A stretch of 64,000 bases of DNA from Peptoniphilus sp. (GTDB lineage Bacteria; Bacillota; Clostridia; Tissierellales; Peptoniphilaceae), in contig NZ_JBMNPQ010000001.1 in assembly GCF_050943655.1 (NCBI RefSeq), positions 15,238 through 79,237 of the forward strand. The letters run 5' to 3'. Below are positions 30,743 through 40,905 of this stretch, piece by piece (positions within the stretch are counted from its first letter, which is position 1; every line of letters begins with the position of its first letter). The notes beneath the pieces were generated by a model. That model saw only the letters and a program-made list of their open reading frames with translations. It did not search any database and had not been told where the DNA came from. Both the position numbers and the translations under genes were made by a program.

Positions 30743-31696
30743 ATGAGAATCGCAATTCTTACAAGTGGTGGCGATGCGCCAGGAATGAATGCTGCAATAA
30801 GGGCAGTTGTTAGAAGTGCAATTTATAAAGATATAGAAGTTTATGGAATTTATGAAGGATATGAGGGACTAATCGATGCCAAGTTTGAGAAGATGGTGGA
30901 GGCATCTGTTGCCGACATCATCCAAAGGGGCGGAACAATCCTTAGGACTTCGAGATCCGAGAGATTTATGACTGAAGAAGGATTTCAAAAGGCACTTAAC
31001 TCTCTTAAGATTTTTGAAATTGATGTTTTAATTGCCTGTGGAGGCGATGGAACTCTTCGCGGAGCAAAGAAGTTAAGTGAAGCTGGAGTAAATGTAATTG
31101 GAATTCCTTGCTCCATCGACAACGACCTTGCCTACACAGATTACACAATTGGATTTATGACGGCAGTAAAAACTGTGACTGAGGCCGTTTCAAATATAAG
31201 AGACACAACAGAATCTCACGGCAGGGCAAATGTAGTTGAAGTTATGGGCAGAAGCTGCGGAGACATTGCACTTTATTCTGGAGTCTCCTCTGGGGCAGAG
31301 TCAATAATCATTCCAGAAAAAGAATTTAATATAAATGAAATTGCCGAGAAGGCTCTTATTGGAAAAAATAGAGGCAAGAGACATCATATAATTTTAATGG
31401 CAGAAGGTCGCGGATCGGCCTTTGACTTTGCAAAAGATTTTGAGAATCTTACGGGAATCGACACAAAGGTCACAGTTCTTGGCTACTTGCAAAGAGGCGG
31501 AGCACCGAGCATCTTCGATAGAATTTTGGCATCAGAGATGGGATATAGGGCTGTGGAAGAAGCAGAGCACTTAAACTCATCTGCCATAGCGACAAACGAT
31601 GGACACATTAGGACTATGCCTTTTGAAGAAATATATGAAATGAAGAAAGAATTCCGAGACGACTTGTTAGAAATTTTAAAAACAGTTTCGATTTAG
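30743..31696 (+). CDS. pfkA: 6-phosphofructokinase
   Basis: ILTSGGDAPGMNAAIR, GGDGT, SIDND and EVMGR motifs. Confidence 0.96.
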   Translation: MRIAILTSGGDAPGMNAAIRAVVRSAIYKDIEVYGIYEGYEGLIDAKFEKMVEASVADIIQRGGTILRTSRSERFMTEEGFQKALNSLKIFEIDVLIACGGDGTLRGAKKLSEAGVNVIGIPCSIDNDLAYTDYTIGFMTAVKTVTEAVSNIRDTTESHGRANVVEVMGRSCGDIALYSGVSSGAESIIIPEKEFNINEIAEKALIGKNRGKRHHIILMAEGRGSAFDFAKDFENLTGIDTKVTVLGYLQRGGAPSIFDRILASEMGYRAVEEAEHLNSSAIATNDGHIRTMPFEEIYEMKKEFRDDLLEILKTVSI

Positions 31697-31704
31697 GAGG
31701 ATTT

Positions 31705-33435
31705 ATGAAAAGGACAAAAATCGTTGCAACAATTGGACCTGCCAGCGAAGATGAAAATATTTTAAGAGAATTAATTTTATCGGGAGTAAATGTGTGCAGG
31801 TTAAACTTCTCTCACGGCAATCACGAAGAACACAAAAAGAGAATTGATACAATAAAAAAACTTAGAAAAGAGCTTGATATTCCCGTTGGAATAATGCTAG
31901 ATACAAAGGGACCGGAAATTAGGCTTGGAGATTTTAAACACGAAGTTGATTTAAAACTTGGAGACATCTACACGCTTACGCCAGATTCATACATTGGAGA
32001 CGAAAATAAGGCAGAAATTTCATACAAAGAATTATATAAAGATGTATCTCCTGGAGATAGGATTTTAATTGACGACGGACTAGTTGAACTTGCAGTAAAA
32101 GAAATTGTTGGAAAAGATATAGTAGCAGAAGCCAAAAATTATGGCACAATATCTGCTCACAAGGGAGTAAATGTTCCAAGTGCAAACCTAAATCTTCCGA
32201 TTTTAACAGAGCGCGATGTAGACGATTTGCTCTTTGGAGTAAAAGAAGACATCGACTTTATTGCAGTCTCCTTCGTAAGAAGTGTGGACGATGTTCTTGC
32301 AATAAGAAAAGTTTTGGAAGATGCGGGAGATTACTCTACAAAAATTATTTCAAAAATTGAATCTAAAAAAGCTGTTGAAGTAATCGACGATATAATCGAT
32401 GTATCCGATGGAATAATGGTTGCAAGGGGAGATTTGGGAGTAGAAATTGAAACAGAGCGCGTGCCGATGGTTCAAAAAGAAATTATAAGAAAGTGTAACG
32501 ACAGAGGCAAGGCAGTTATAACTGCGACACAAATGCTCGACTCAATGATTAGAAATCCAAGGCCAACTCGTGCCGAGACAAATGACGTCGCCAACGCTGT
32601 ATTAGACGGCTCCGGTGCAGTTATGTTATCAGGTGAGACTGCAAGCGGAAAATATCCAATTGAATCTGTAAAGACAATGGGAAGAATTTTGGAATACACT
32701 GAGATGAGCATAGACCACGGCGACTTTTTCAAATTTAGAGTAGAGAATATGGAAAAGACAATGACAAATGCCATTGGAAAGTCTGCCTGCGAAATTGCAG
32801 AAGAACTTGACGCCAGCGCAATAATTACTGCAACAACTTCAGGCAACACCTCTCGTGCAATTGCAAAATTTAGACCTCACGCACCAATAATTGCATCAAC
32901 TCCTTTTGAAAAAATCAAAAACCAACTAAGCCTTGAGTGGGGTGTCACACCAATAAAAGTGGAAAATCACGAAGACACCGATGCAATTTTAGAAACATCA
33001 ATTGAGTCAGCTCTAGAAAGAGATTTAATAGAACCAGGAGATACAGTAGTTTTAACTGCGGGAGTTCCAGTTGGGATAGCAGGTTCAACTAACCTCTTAA
33101 AAGTTGAGACAGTTTCAGAAATTGTGGGACGAGGAACGCCAATTGGAAGAGAAAAAGTAAAGGCAAGAGCTGTTGTAATAAAAACAGAAAAAGACTTAAA
33201 CGACTTCAAAGAGGGAGACATCATAATAGCAAATTCAACAAATAAGGACATGATAAAACTTATGGAAAAATCTTCTGGATTTGTGACAGAAGAAGCAGGC
33301 TTTACATCTCACGGAGCAATAACTGCAATTTCACTTGAAAAAACTGCAATAGTTGGCGTTGACAATGCCTTAATTAAGATAAAAACGGGAGATTATGTGA
33401 CAATTGATCCAACAGATGGCACAGTTAGGATTTAA
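31705..33435 (+). CDS. pyk: Pyruvate kinase with C-terminal PEP-utiliser domain
   Basis: RLNFSHG, DTKGPEIR, MVARGDLG, ATQMLDSM and GFTSHGAI motifs. Confidence 0.96.
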   Translation: MKRTKIVATIGPASEDENILRELILSGVNVCRLNFSHGNHEEHKKRIDTIKKLRKELDIPVGIMLDTKGPEIRLGDFKHEVDLKLGDIYTLTPDSYIGDENKAEISYKELYKDVSPGDRILIDDGLVELAVKEIVGKDIVAEAKNYGTISAHKGVNVPSANLNLPILTERDVDDLLFGVKEDIDFIAVSFVRSVDDVLAIRKVLEDAGDYSTKIISKIESKKAVEVIDDIIDVSDGIMVARGDLGVEIETERVPMVQKEIIRKCNDRGKAVITATQMLDSMIRNPRPTRAETNDVANAVLDGSGAVMLSGETASGKYPIESVKTMGRILEYTEMSIDHGDFFKFRVENMEKTMTNAIGKSACEIAEELDASAIITATTSGNTSRAIAKFRPHAPIIASTPFEKIKNQLSLEWGVTPIKVENHEDTDAILETSIESALERDLIEPGDTVVLTAGVPVGIAGSTNLLKVETVSEIVGRGTPIGREKVKARAVVIKTEKDLNDFKEGDIIIANSTNKDMIKLMEKSSGFVTEEAGFTSHGAITAISLEKTAIVGVDNALIKIKTGDYVTIDPTDGTVRI

Positions 33436-33449
33436 TTAAAGGTGATCTT

Positions 33450-33953
33450 ATGAAAAAAATACTTTTAGTAGTTGCCGTGATATTATTTTTCATCCCAATT
33501 GTCATGAATTTAAATTTGGGAAATAATGGACACGACGCAGGCGAAATGACAAAAGATTATTCAGAACAGATACAAAGAGACGCAAACCATCGTCTTTTGA
33601 CGGCTATAGTAGATAATGACGGATTAAAAATTCGCGTAAATGCGCTGATAAAAATTAAAGATGTAAAATCTAAAGAAGTAGAAGAAGTAAATGACTACTA
33701 TATTGAAGTAATCAATTCGCCCGTACCAATAGAATTTAAAAACCTAAGCCTTGACGTGTGGGCAGATGATCCGCAGTCAAAAGAAGTGTCCTATGCCTTT
33801 AGTGCAGATGCAAGGGCGATAGTAAAAAGATTTTCAAGTCCTCAAGTATCGAAGAGATTAGAAAGCATGGGATTTAGTGAGACAGATAAGACGAATGAAG
33901 GATATATTTACAGCAAGTATGTAGAAGGCGCTGGGAAAATGAATGTTAAGTAG
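33450..33953 (+). CDS. Hypothetical exported or membrane-anchored protein
   Basis: AAGGTG RBS and a hydrophobic N-terminus. No recognised domain. Confidence 0.7.
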   Translation: MKKILLVVAVILFFIPIVMNLNLGNNGHDAGEMTKDYSEQIQRDANHRLLTAIVDNDGLKIRVNALIKIKDVKSKEVEEVNDYYIEVINSPVPIEFKNLSLDVWADDPQSKEVSYAFSADARAIVKRFSSPQVSKRLESMGFSETDKTNEGYIYSKYVEGAGKMNVK

Positions 33954-33990
33954 GACTTTAATGGATTTGTAAGTTGTCGTGTTTGGGATC

Positions 33991-35300
33991 CCCACACTCG
34001 TCATCCTAAATGAACGAAGTGAGTTGAAGTGCTATGGTTTATCGACGTTATATGGAGAACACTTCCTCCAACGTCATCCTGAGCGAACGAAGTGAGTCGC
34101 CGTGTATCCAGAAGAGTCAAGGATCTGTAAAGGCACAGAAATGATGTGCCGTAATCTTGACGTAATCCCCACACTCGTCATCCTAAATGAACGAAGTGAG
34201 TTGAAGTGCTATGGTTTATCGACGTTATATGGAGAACACCATATCAGACGTCATCCTGAGCGAAGCTGAATGCGAAGCATGAGGCGCAGTCGAAGGATCT
34301 GTAGATGGTAGGGAGCGATGTGTCGTCGTCTTAACCAAGTTGTGTCTTGGAGTAATTCCCCTTAGAGTTATCTCATCAAAACGACAAGGCTGTTTCACCT
34401 AAAGGTGCAGATCCCTCGACTAACGCTCGGGATGACGGAGTGTAGAAGTTTTCACTCATATAGGTCGTTACTGTGCCAAAGTTTACAATTTAATAGCTTA
34501 AAAAAGTTGTAATCCCATCCAATGTCATCCTGAGCGAACGAAGTGAGTCGCCGTGTATCCAGAAGAGTCAAGAATCTGAAAAGACATAGAAATGATGTGC
34601 CGTCATTTTGACGTAATCCCCACACTCGTCATCCTGAGCGGAGCTAAATGCGAAGCATGAGGCGCAGTCGAAGGATCTGTAGATGGTAGGGAGCGATGTG
34701 TCGTCGTCTTAACCAAGTTGCGTCTTGGAGTAATTCCCCTTAGAGTTATCTCATCAAAACGCATAGATCGTTTCCCCAAAAGGTGCAGATCCCTCGACAA
34801 GCTCGGGATGACGGAGTGTGAAAGCTATGGCTCATATAGGTAGTTACTGTGCCAAAGTTTACAATTTAATAGCTTAAATAAAGTTGTAATCCTATCCAAC
34901 GTCATCCTGAGCGGAGCTGAATGCGAAGCATGAGGCGCAGTCGAAGGATCTGTAGGGTCGAGATGGCGATGTGTGGTCGTCTTATTGCGAAAGTGTTTTG
35001 AAGTTTTCTCCTTTACGCTTTTTCATTAAGACGATTAGTTCTCGCTCGATGGCTTTGCAGATCTTTCACCCTTCCGGGTACACAGCGGCCCAGAAAATTT
35101 TTGTGAATTTTCTTCCGCTCAAAATGACGCGGGGGAGGCTTTTTCTTTAAGACAATCAAGCTGTTTTTCCAAAAGGTGCAGATCCCTCGACTAACGCTCG
35201 GGATGACGGAGTGTGAAAGCTATGACCCTAAAAAGCTTCTACTGTGCCGAAGTTTACAATTTAATAGCTTAAAAAAGTTGTAACCCAATCCAACGTCATC
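33991..35300. repeat. Cluster 2 of CGTC-tagged repeats (tandem REPIN-like inverted pairs)
   Basis: Forward units at about 33999, 34072, 34176, 34249, 34523, 34627 and 34900, inverted at 34408, 34786, 35058 and 35179, truncated copy at 35294. Confidence 0.9.
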
Positions 35301-35437
35301 TTCAATATAAAAACCCCAAACTTCCCATTAATACTGGGAAGTTTTTAAATAAAATATCTGCCAAGGCTCTGTACTCACCTTGGCAGATATTTTTGGGATT
35401 ATTTAGTTAGAATTTTAAGAGAATATTATTTATAAAT

Positions 35438-36634
35438 TTATTTTGCGGCATCTATTAGTGCTTTAGAAAATTCTACAGTTGATTCTAAGAATTCTCCGTC
35501 TGGCATCCACATTGCTTTTACTTCAGGCTCAATTACTTTAAAGCCTGCCCCTTCAAGTTTTTCTCTAAGGACTTTATTGCCTTCTCCAGACCATCCGTAT
35601 GATCCAAAGACTCCCGCTACTTTTCCTTTAAATTTTAATTCTTGAAGGAAGTGAAGCCAGCCTGCAACGCTTGTTATTATTGATCTTCCAACTGTAGGGG
35701 AACCTACGGCAATTGCTTTTGATTTAAATACCTCTGTCATTATGTCGTTCTTGTCTACGTCGGCAATGTTTAAGACTTTGACTTTGGTGTCTGGACTGAG
35801 TTCTCTTAAGTCCGATGCAATTTTGTGAGCAATCTTTTTTGTTGCTCCCCACATTGAGTCGTAGATTATTGTTACTTGGTCCTCTTTATATTCATCTGCC
35901 CACTCTGCGTACTTTTCTACGATTTGCATAGCGTTATCGCGCCAAATTGTTCCGTGGCTTGTTGCGATTATATCTATTTGTATATTCATCTTTTGAATTT
36001 CTTCAAGCTTTCTTGTTACAAAAGATGAGAAAGGATTTAAAATATTTGCATAATATTTCATTGCCTCTTCCCAAAGCACACATTCGTCTGCCTTGTCGTT
36101 GAAGAGCTCGTTAAGGGCATAGTGTTGACCAAAGGCGTCGTTTGAGAATAGGATGTTGTCGCCTGTTAAATATGTTGCCATGGAATCTGGCCAGTGTAGC
36201 ATCATCATTTCTACAAAGACGAGCTGTTTTCCGCCTCCTATGTCCAAAGTGTCTCCAGTTTTTACAGTTCTAAAGTCCCATTCTGGGTGATGATACTGTC
36301 CAGTCAAAGATTTCTTCGCATTGTTTGTGCAATATATTGGCGTGTTTGGAATCTCCTTCATCAGTGCTGGAAGTGATCCACTGTGATCAGGCTCGCCGTG
36401 GTTTATTACGATGTAGTCAATTTCATTTAAGTCAATTTCTTTTTTTAAGTTTTCTACAAATTCATCTCTGTGAGGACCCCACACAGTGTCAATTAATACA
36501 GTTTTTTCTTCTTGAATTAAATAGGCATTTTGACTTGAGCCGTTGTTGATTGAATATTCTGATCCGTGGAACTCTGTAAGTTCCCAATCAATTTTGCCGA
36601 CCCAGTAAACATTATTTTTGACTAACTTTTTCAT
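35438..36634 (-). CDS. fprA: Flavodiiron protein (FprA/flavorubredoxin-type NO/O2 reductase)
   Basis: HGEPDHSGS, HWPDSM, FSNDAFGQH and a flavodoxin domain (SMWGAT, GSYGWSG). Confidence 0.9.
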   Translation of the reverse strand: MKKLVKNNVYWVGKIDWELTEFHGSEYSINNGSSQNAYLIQEEKTVLIDTVWGPHRDEFVENLKKEIDLNEIDYIVINHGEPDHSGSLPALMKEIPNTPIYCTNNAKKSLTGQYHHPEWDFRTVKTGDTLDIGGGKQLVFVEMMMLHWPDSMATYLTGDNILFSNDAFGQHYALNELFNDKADECVLWEEAMKYYANILNPFSSFVTRKLEEIQKMNIQIDIIATSHGTIWRDNAMQIVEKYAEWADEYKEDQVTIIYDSMWGATKKIAHKIASDLRELSPDTKVKVLNIADVDKNDIMTEVFKSKAIAVGSPTVGRSIITSVAGWLHFLQELKFKGKVAGVFGSYGWSGEGNKVLREKLEGAGFKVIEPEVKAMWMPDGEFLESTVEFSKALIDAAK

Positions 36635-36644
36635 AATTTTCTCC

Positions 36645-37340
36645 TTATTTATTATATTTTAAAAACAATATTGAGTTCTCTTTAAATATGTGGACGAAAA
36701 TGTCTTTTGTGAGAGCATCAAGCTCTTTAAAAGTTTTTTCGTAAGTTTTGCATCCATCTTCTGGTGGAGTAAAGCCGTCAGTTAGATCTATCATTTTCTT
36801 TATTATATCGCCGGCCTTTTCGTGGTCAGTTTCAAGTTCGTGAATTTTTTCTTTAATTTCAGGGCTTGGGTTTGGATTTTCAAGCATTAGTGGGAAGGTA
36901 ATCTTCTCTTCTTTTACAAAATGCTCCTCTAGTTCTGTTTTTAGTGCTCCAAACAATTTGTGAAGTTCTAAAAGTTCTTCGCCGTGATGCTCAAAGTGAA
37001 CTTTTAATATTTTGTTTAAGAGCTTGTCGATGTAAAAGAGCATTTCAGCTTCTTTTTCGTGATGATTTTTTATTATCGACTCTATCATCTCTTCTACGCT
37101 TAAATTTTTAAAATCATCTAAAGAAATATCCTCGTCTACTTTTTCAGTTGTTTTTAATGAGTTAAGCTCATCTTCGATGGAATTTATAAGCTTTGCTGCG
37201 TCAATATTCTTTTCTTTTGCAACTTCTTCGACGCTCATGTATCCGTTACAGCAGTAGTCAATTCTTTTGTCATTAAAAAAGTTTATCAGTCTGTCGTCAA
37301 TTTTTACGATATCTTCAATCTTTGTATTTAGAGTAATCAT
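36645..37340 (-). CDS. ric: Iron-sulfur cluster repair di-iron protein (ScdA/YtfE)
   Basis: IDYCCNG ScdA N-terminal motif and hemerythrin-like HH, HFVKEE and HIFKEN motifs. Confidence 0.9.
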   Translation of the reverse strand: MITLNTKIEDIVKIDDRLINFFNDKRIDYCCNGYMSVEEVAKEKNIDAAKLINSIEDELNSLKTTEKVDEDISLDDFKNLSVEEMIESIIKNHHEKEAEMLFYIDKLLNKILKVHFEHHGEELLELHKLFGALKTELEEHFVKEEKITFPLMLENPNPSPEIKEKIHELETDHEKAGDIIKKMIDLTDGFTPPEDGCKTYEKTFKELDALTKDIFVHIFKENSILFLKYNK

Positions 37341-37361
37341 TTCAAATCCCCCTTTAACTAT

Positions 37362-37404
37362 ATACTAAAGCTCAGGGAGATTTATTTCTGTGACTCTAGT
37401 CACA
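37362..37404 (-). promoter_or_regulatory. Crp/Fnr box with class II promoter for ric-fprA
   Basis: Perfect palindrome TGTGA-CTCTAG-TCACA at 37389-37404, 21 nt from a TAGTAT -10 (centre about -41.5). Confidence 0.75.
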
Positions 37405-37406
37405 AT

Positions 37407-38093
37407 TTATATTTCTGCAAGTTCAATTAGTGCTGGCAGGTTTACTATTTTAATTTTTTTGTAAGCCAAGAGCTTGATATAGCCGTCTCTTTCGAGTTCA
37501 GAGAGTTTTCTCGATACAGTTTCTCTTGCCATATTAATTGATGATGCGATATTTTCTTGGTTTAGCTCTATTGTGTTTTTGTTTATAAGTCTCGACCTTT
37601 GGAGCAAGAAGGAAGCGACTCTCTTGTAAGGGTCTTTAATTGACATTATCTCAAGCTGTTTGTTAGTCTGGTAGAGTTTTTTACTCAAGTTTTCGATCAT
37701 CTTGATGGAAAAGCTCGGGTTATTTAGGAGAACTTTTTTTATTGCGTCCTTTTCAATTTCGCAGACTCCAGTTTTTTCTATGGTAATTCCATTTGTCTCG
37801 TAAGTTTTTTCCAAAAAGATGCTGTCCTCTCCGATTGTATCTCCTTCGTTTAAGATGTTTCCAATATATTCTTTGCCGTCTTCATCGTAGAGACTCGTTT
37901 TAATTTTTCCGTATCTTATGATGATTATTTTCTCTATCAAATCATTGGAAGTAAAAATTGTTTCGTTCTTCTCATAATCTTTATGTACGGCAGAAAGCAT
38001 GAGACTATCTTTATCGTCCATTTCCAAATCTTTAAATAGTTTAATTTTATTTATGCATCCGCCCTTTGATGCGCAAGTATTACAAACTTTCAT
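37407..38093 (-). CDS. Crp/Fnr family regulator with an N-terminal Cys cluster
   Basis: MKVCNTCASKGGC, a cNMP-binding fold and HTH recognition helix ARETVSRKL. Confidence 0.9.
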   Translation of the reverse strand: MKVCNTCASKGGCINKIKLFKDLEMDDKDSLMLSAVHKDYEKNETIFTSNDLIEKIIIIRYGKIKTSLYDEDGKEYIGNILNEGDTIGEDSIFLEKTYETNGITIEKTGVCEIEKDAIKKVLLNNPSFSIKMIENLSKKLYQTNKQLEIMSIKDPYKRVASFLLQRSRLINKNTIELNQENIASSINMARETVSRKLSELERDGYIKLLAYKKIKIVNLPALIELAEI

Positions 38094-38195
38094 AAGCCCT
38101 CCATCACTTTCATATTCTTATTAAATTATATTTACCCAGAACAGCAATTAAAGAAAGAATTTTAAAAAGTTATGTCTATTAAAAAAAGCTCTTCA

Positions 38196-38930
38196 TCATT
38201 TTAAAAATCGAAGAGCTTTTAATTTTAGAAATTTTTGAGTTTTATATGTTTTTATTTTTTCTTCTTTATCTTTTAGGTGATCGTTAAATATTTCTAATTT
38301 TTCTTTCACAATTCCGGAGTCTTTAAAGTGATCGAGCTTCGAAAGTTTATCTGAATTGTTTAAATTTATAAAATATTCTCGGTTTTTGTCGTCAAAGTAT
38401 TCGTAAATTCTATCGAGAAAATATATAGAGCCTTTTAAGTGATTTACAGTAAGGATAATATCAACTAAAAGTACTAGATACAAGACGGCAGAAATATTTA
38501 TTAAAGTTTTATATGTTGCAAGAGATAAAAATATTAAAAATCCTGGCGTAAGTAATTTTACTATAAAAAGATTTGCCCATCCGAATAGCATAAAGCCATA
38601 TAGACAGACTCTGCCATTGATGTGGAAGGGGTAATTTTCGTAATTCCACCATTTTTGGTGAAAATATTTTTCCAAAATTGTTCCAATAATGTATTCCAAA
38701 AAGCATGACGAAATTGACGACAATAGGAAAACATAAATTGGAGAGTTTATATTCTTAAGAAGTAAGTAAGATACTGTGGCGCCCATGCCATAAATTGGGC
38801 AGTAGGGACCAAGGAGAAATCCACGGCTCTTTATTTTATTTAGCTCGACTGGGGAGCATATAAAACTTTCCCAGAGCCAGCCGAAGAAGGAGTAAATATA
38901 AAATATTAAAAATAATTCAATGGATTTCAT
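38196..38930 (-). CDS. Putative ABC transporter permease family (PF06541-like) membrane protein
   Basis: YSFFGWLWES, RGFLLGPYCPIYG and WWNYENYPFHINGRVCL motifs. Confidence 0.8.
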   Translation of the reverse strand: MKSIELFLIFYIYSFFGWLWESFICSPVELNKIKSRGFLLGPYCPIYGMGATVSYLLLKNINSPIYVFLLSSISSCFLEYIIGTILEKYFHQKWWNYENYPFHINGRVCLYGFMLFGWANLFIVKLLTPGFLIFLSLATYKTLINISAVLYLVLLVDIILTVNHLKGSIYFLDRIYEYFDDKNREYFINLNNSDKLSKLDHFKDSGIVKEKLEIFNDHLKDKEEKIKTYKTQKFLKLKALRFLK

Positions 38931-39424
38931 ATATTTGCTCCAACATTCGCCTTGTTCTTAAACATAAAGCCTACACTTTCGCGAGTTGCAACAGTCTTAT
39001 CTGCCATCACAACAATCCAAGATTCAATGTACTTTGGTGGAATTGGCGTTAGGGGGAACATGTGCTTTTTAATTATGTCCTCCTCAATTTCATTAAGCAG
39101 AAGCTCTTTTTTTGCGTTTATTAGAGCAAGCCTTGGGTGAAATATTCCGTGAAGATGAGGTCTATTGTCCTTGTCGTGCCAGTCGTAGAGAAAATAGTCG
39201 TGGAGCAGGGCACCTCTTATTAGCGAGTCGTAATCAACATCAAGATTATATTTTTCTGCGATTTCAATTGATCTTAGACTTACGCTTATTACATGGTCGT
39301 AGACAGTTGTCGTTCCGTGTTGGATAAAATTTTTGTTTTCTAAAAATTTGGTGTTTTCATTTAAGTCTTTTAAAATAAGTTCTAGCTTTTCTTTAGGGTC
39401 AATACTTCTATTCATAATCACCAT
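38927..39424 (-). CDS. HD domain phosphohydrolase
   Basis: QHGTTTVYDH, ALLHDYFLYDWH, KHMFPL and ADK motifs. Confidence 0.85.
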   Translation of the reverse strand: MVIMNRSIDPKEKLELILKDLNENTKFLENKNFIQHGTTTVYDHVISVSLRSIEIAEKYNLDVDYDSLIRGALLHDYFLYDWHDKDNRPHLHGIFHPRLALINAKKELLLNEIEEDIIKKHMFPLTPIPPKYIESWIVVMADKTVATRESVGFMFKNKANVGANI

Positions 39425-39586
39425 CCTCAGTTATTATTTTACAAATAAAAGTTAAAGATTTAGTTAAGACATTATTAAAATTTGTTAAAATTTTTATGTA
39501 ATTTTTGCGAAAAATTTTAATGCGTAAATTTTAATGCACAGGTTAAAAAAAGACCACAGCATCTGCTGTGATCTTCGCACTACTTA

Positions 39587-40723
39587 TTATTTATTTACAA
39601 AATAAAAAGCTTCTTTGTCGTTATAAACTTTGTCAGTAAAAGTTATTATCTTTCCAGTTTCCTTTTGAACTTCAAAGAGTGAGTTGACTTGGTTAAGTCC
39701 CTTTGTCTTTATTCCATATCTTTTAATTGCATTTTTTACATCTTTTTCATCAGAAGAGATGAACTGATAAACTATTTTGTCTTTCTTTGTAAGTTTTGTC
39801 GGAACTTTTTCTGTTCCGTTTAAAAAGTCTAGTATGCTCTCGTTAGATAGTTTTATATTGCTGAAGTCTTCATTGCAATCATCTAAGTTGCACTCAGGAT
39901 AAATTTTATAAGTCTTGTGATTTACAAAGTCTTCGTACTTAACTGTTGTGTCCATGTCCTCTATGTCATAATCTTTAAGTGCAGAAGTAATAAATTCAAA
40001 GTGTTTATTAGTTGGTTTATCTGTTATATCGAGGTTCTCTGTGGTTTTTTCATCTAAAGCTGTAGATTCTTTTTTATTTTCCTTATCATCATCTGAATTT
40101 GAAGCGTCTAATTTTTCTTCTTTGTCTTTAACTTCTTCTTTCTTTTCTTCTTTAGGTTTAGACTCTTCTTTAATTTCTTGAGACTTTTCAATAATTTTAT
40201 CTTCTTCTATATTATTTTTTAAATCTTCTGTTTTAATTTCTTGAGCATCTTTTTCTGCATAAGATTCATCTGTCGTAGCTTTTGTGTCCGATGCCTTCGT
40301 ATCAGAAGTTTTAAGTTTTCTTTCTTCTTTTGCTTTTTCTGCCTTTATTATCTTTTCGTCTTCTTTTTTCTGTTCTTCTTTTAAATTTTCAAAAGCATTT
40401 TCCATTGCTTCAAGAGGCTTATCATCAACATAAGTATTTTCTAGAGAATCAGTTGATTCTACATTTTCTTTAGAAAGCTTTTCGTTTTTCTTTTTTCTGT
40501 TCTTTGACCTATCTTTTTTTCTGCTGTCATCATAAGTCTTCGGACCTTTAGGTTTTTCACTTTCTAAATTTTTAGCTACTACATTTTCTTCTTTGTGAAC
40601 TTCTTTCTTTTCAATTTTTTTAGATTCTAAAGCCGCATTATTCTTCTCTTTCTTATCTTCATTTTTCTTTTTCATGTAGTAGATAATAAGTAAGATTACG
40701 ACTATCGAAATAATAACGCCCAT
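39587..40723 (-). CDS. Hypothetical membrane-anchored protein with a long K/E/D-rich low-complexity region
   Basis: N-terminal TM anchor, charged linker and an ordered-looking C-terminal ~140 aa. GGAGG RBS. Confidence 0.75.
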   Translation of the reverse strand: MGVIISIVVILLIIYYMKKKNEDKKEKNNAALESKKIEKKEVHKEENVVAKNLESEKPKGPKTYDDSRKKDRSKNRKKKNEKLSKENVESTDSLENTYVDDKPLEAMENAFENLKEEQKKEDEKIIKAEKAKEERKLKTSDTKASDTKATTDESYAEKDAQEIKTEDLKNNIEEDKIIEKSQEIKEESKPKEEKKEEVKDKEEKLDASNSDDDKENKKESTALDEKTTENLDITDKPTNKHFEFITSALKDYDIEDMDTTVKYEDFVNHKTYKIYPECNLDDCNEDFSNIKLSNESILDFLNGTEKVPTKLTKKDKIVYQFISSDEKDVKNAIKRYGIKTKGLNQVNSLFEVQKETGKIITFTDKVYNDKEAFYFVNK

Positions 40724-40905
40724 AACGCACCTCCTAAATTACATATATAATATACCAAAAGTCTATATTTTGGAATACTTTATTCAAATAATTATATAAA
40801 AAGTTAAATAAATATCATAAGACATTAAATTTCGATAATTATTTATAAGAAAGTGCTTATAAATTTTTAAAGTTTAAATATAAAAAAGCATAAATCCAAC
40901 TGGAT

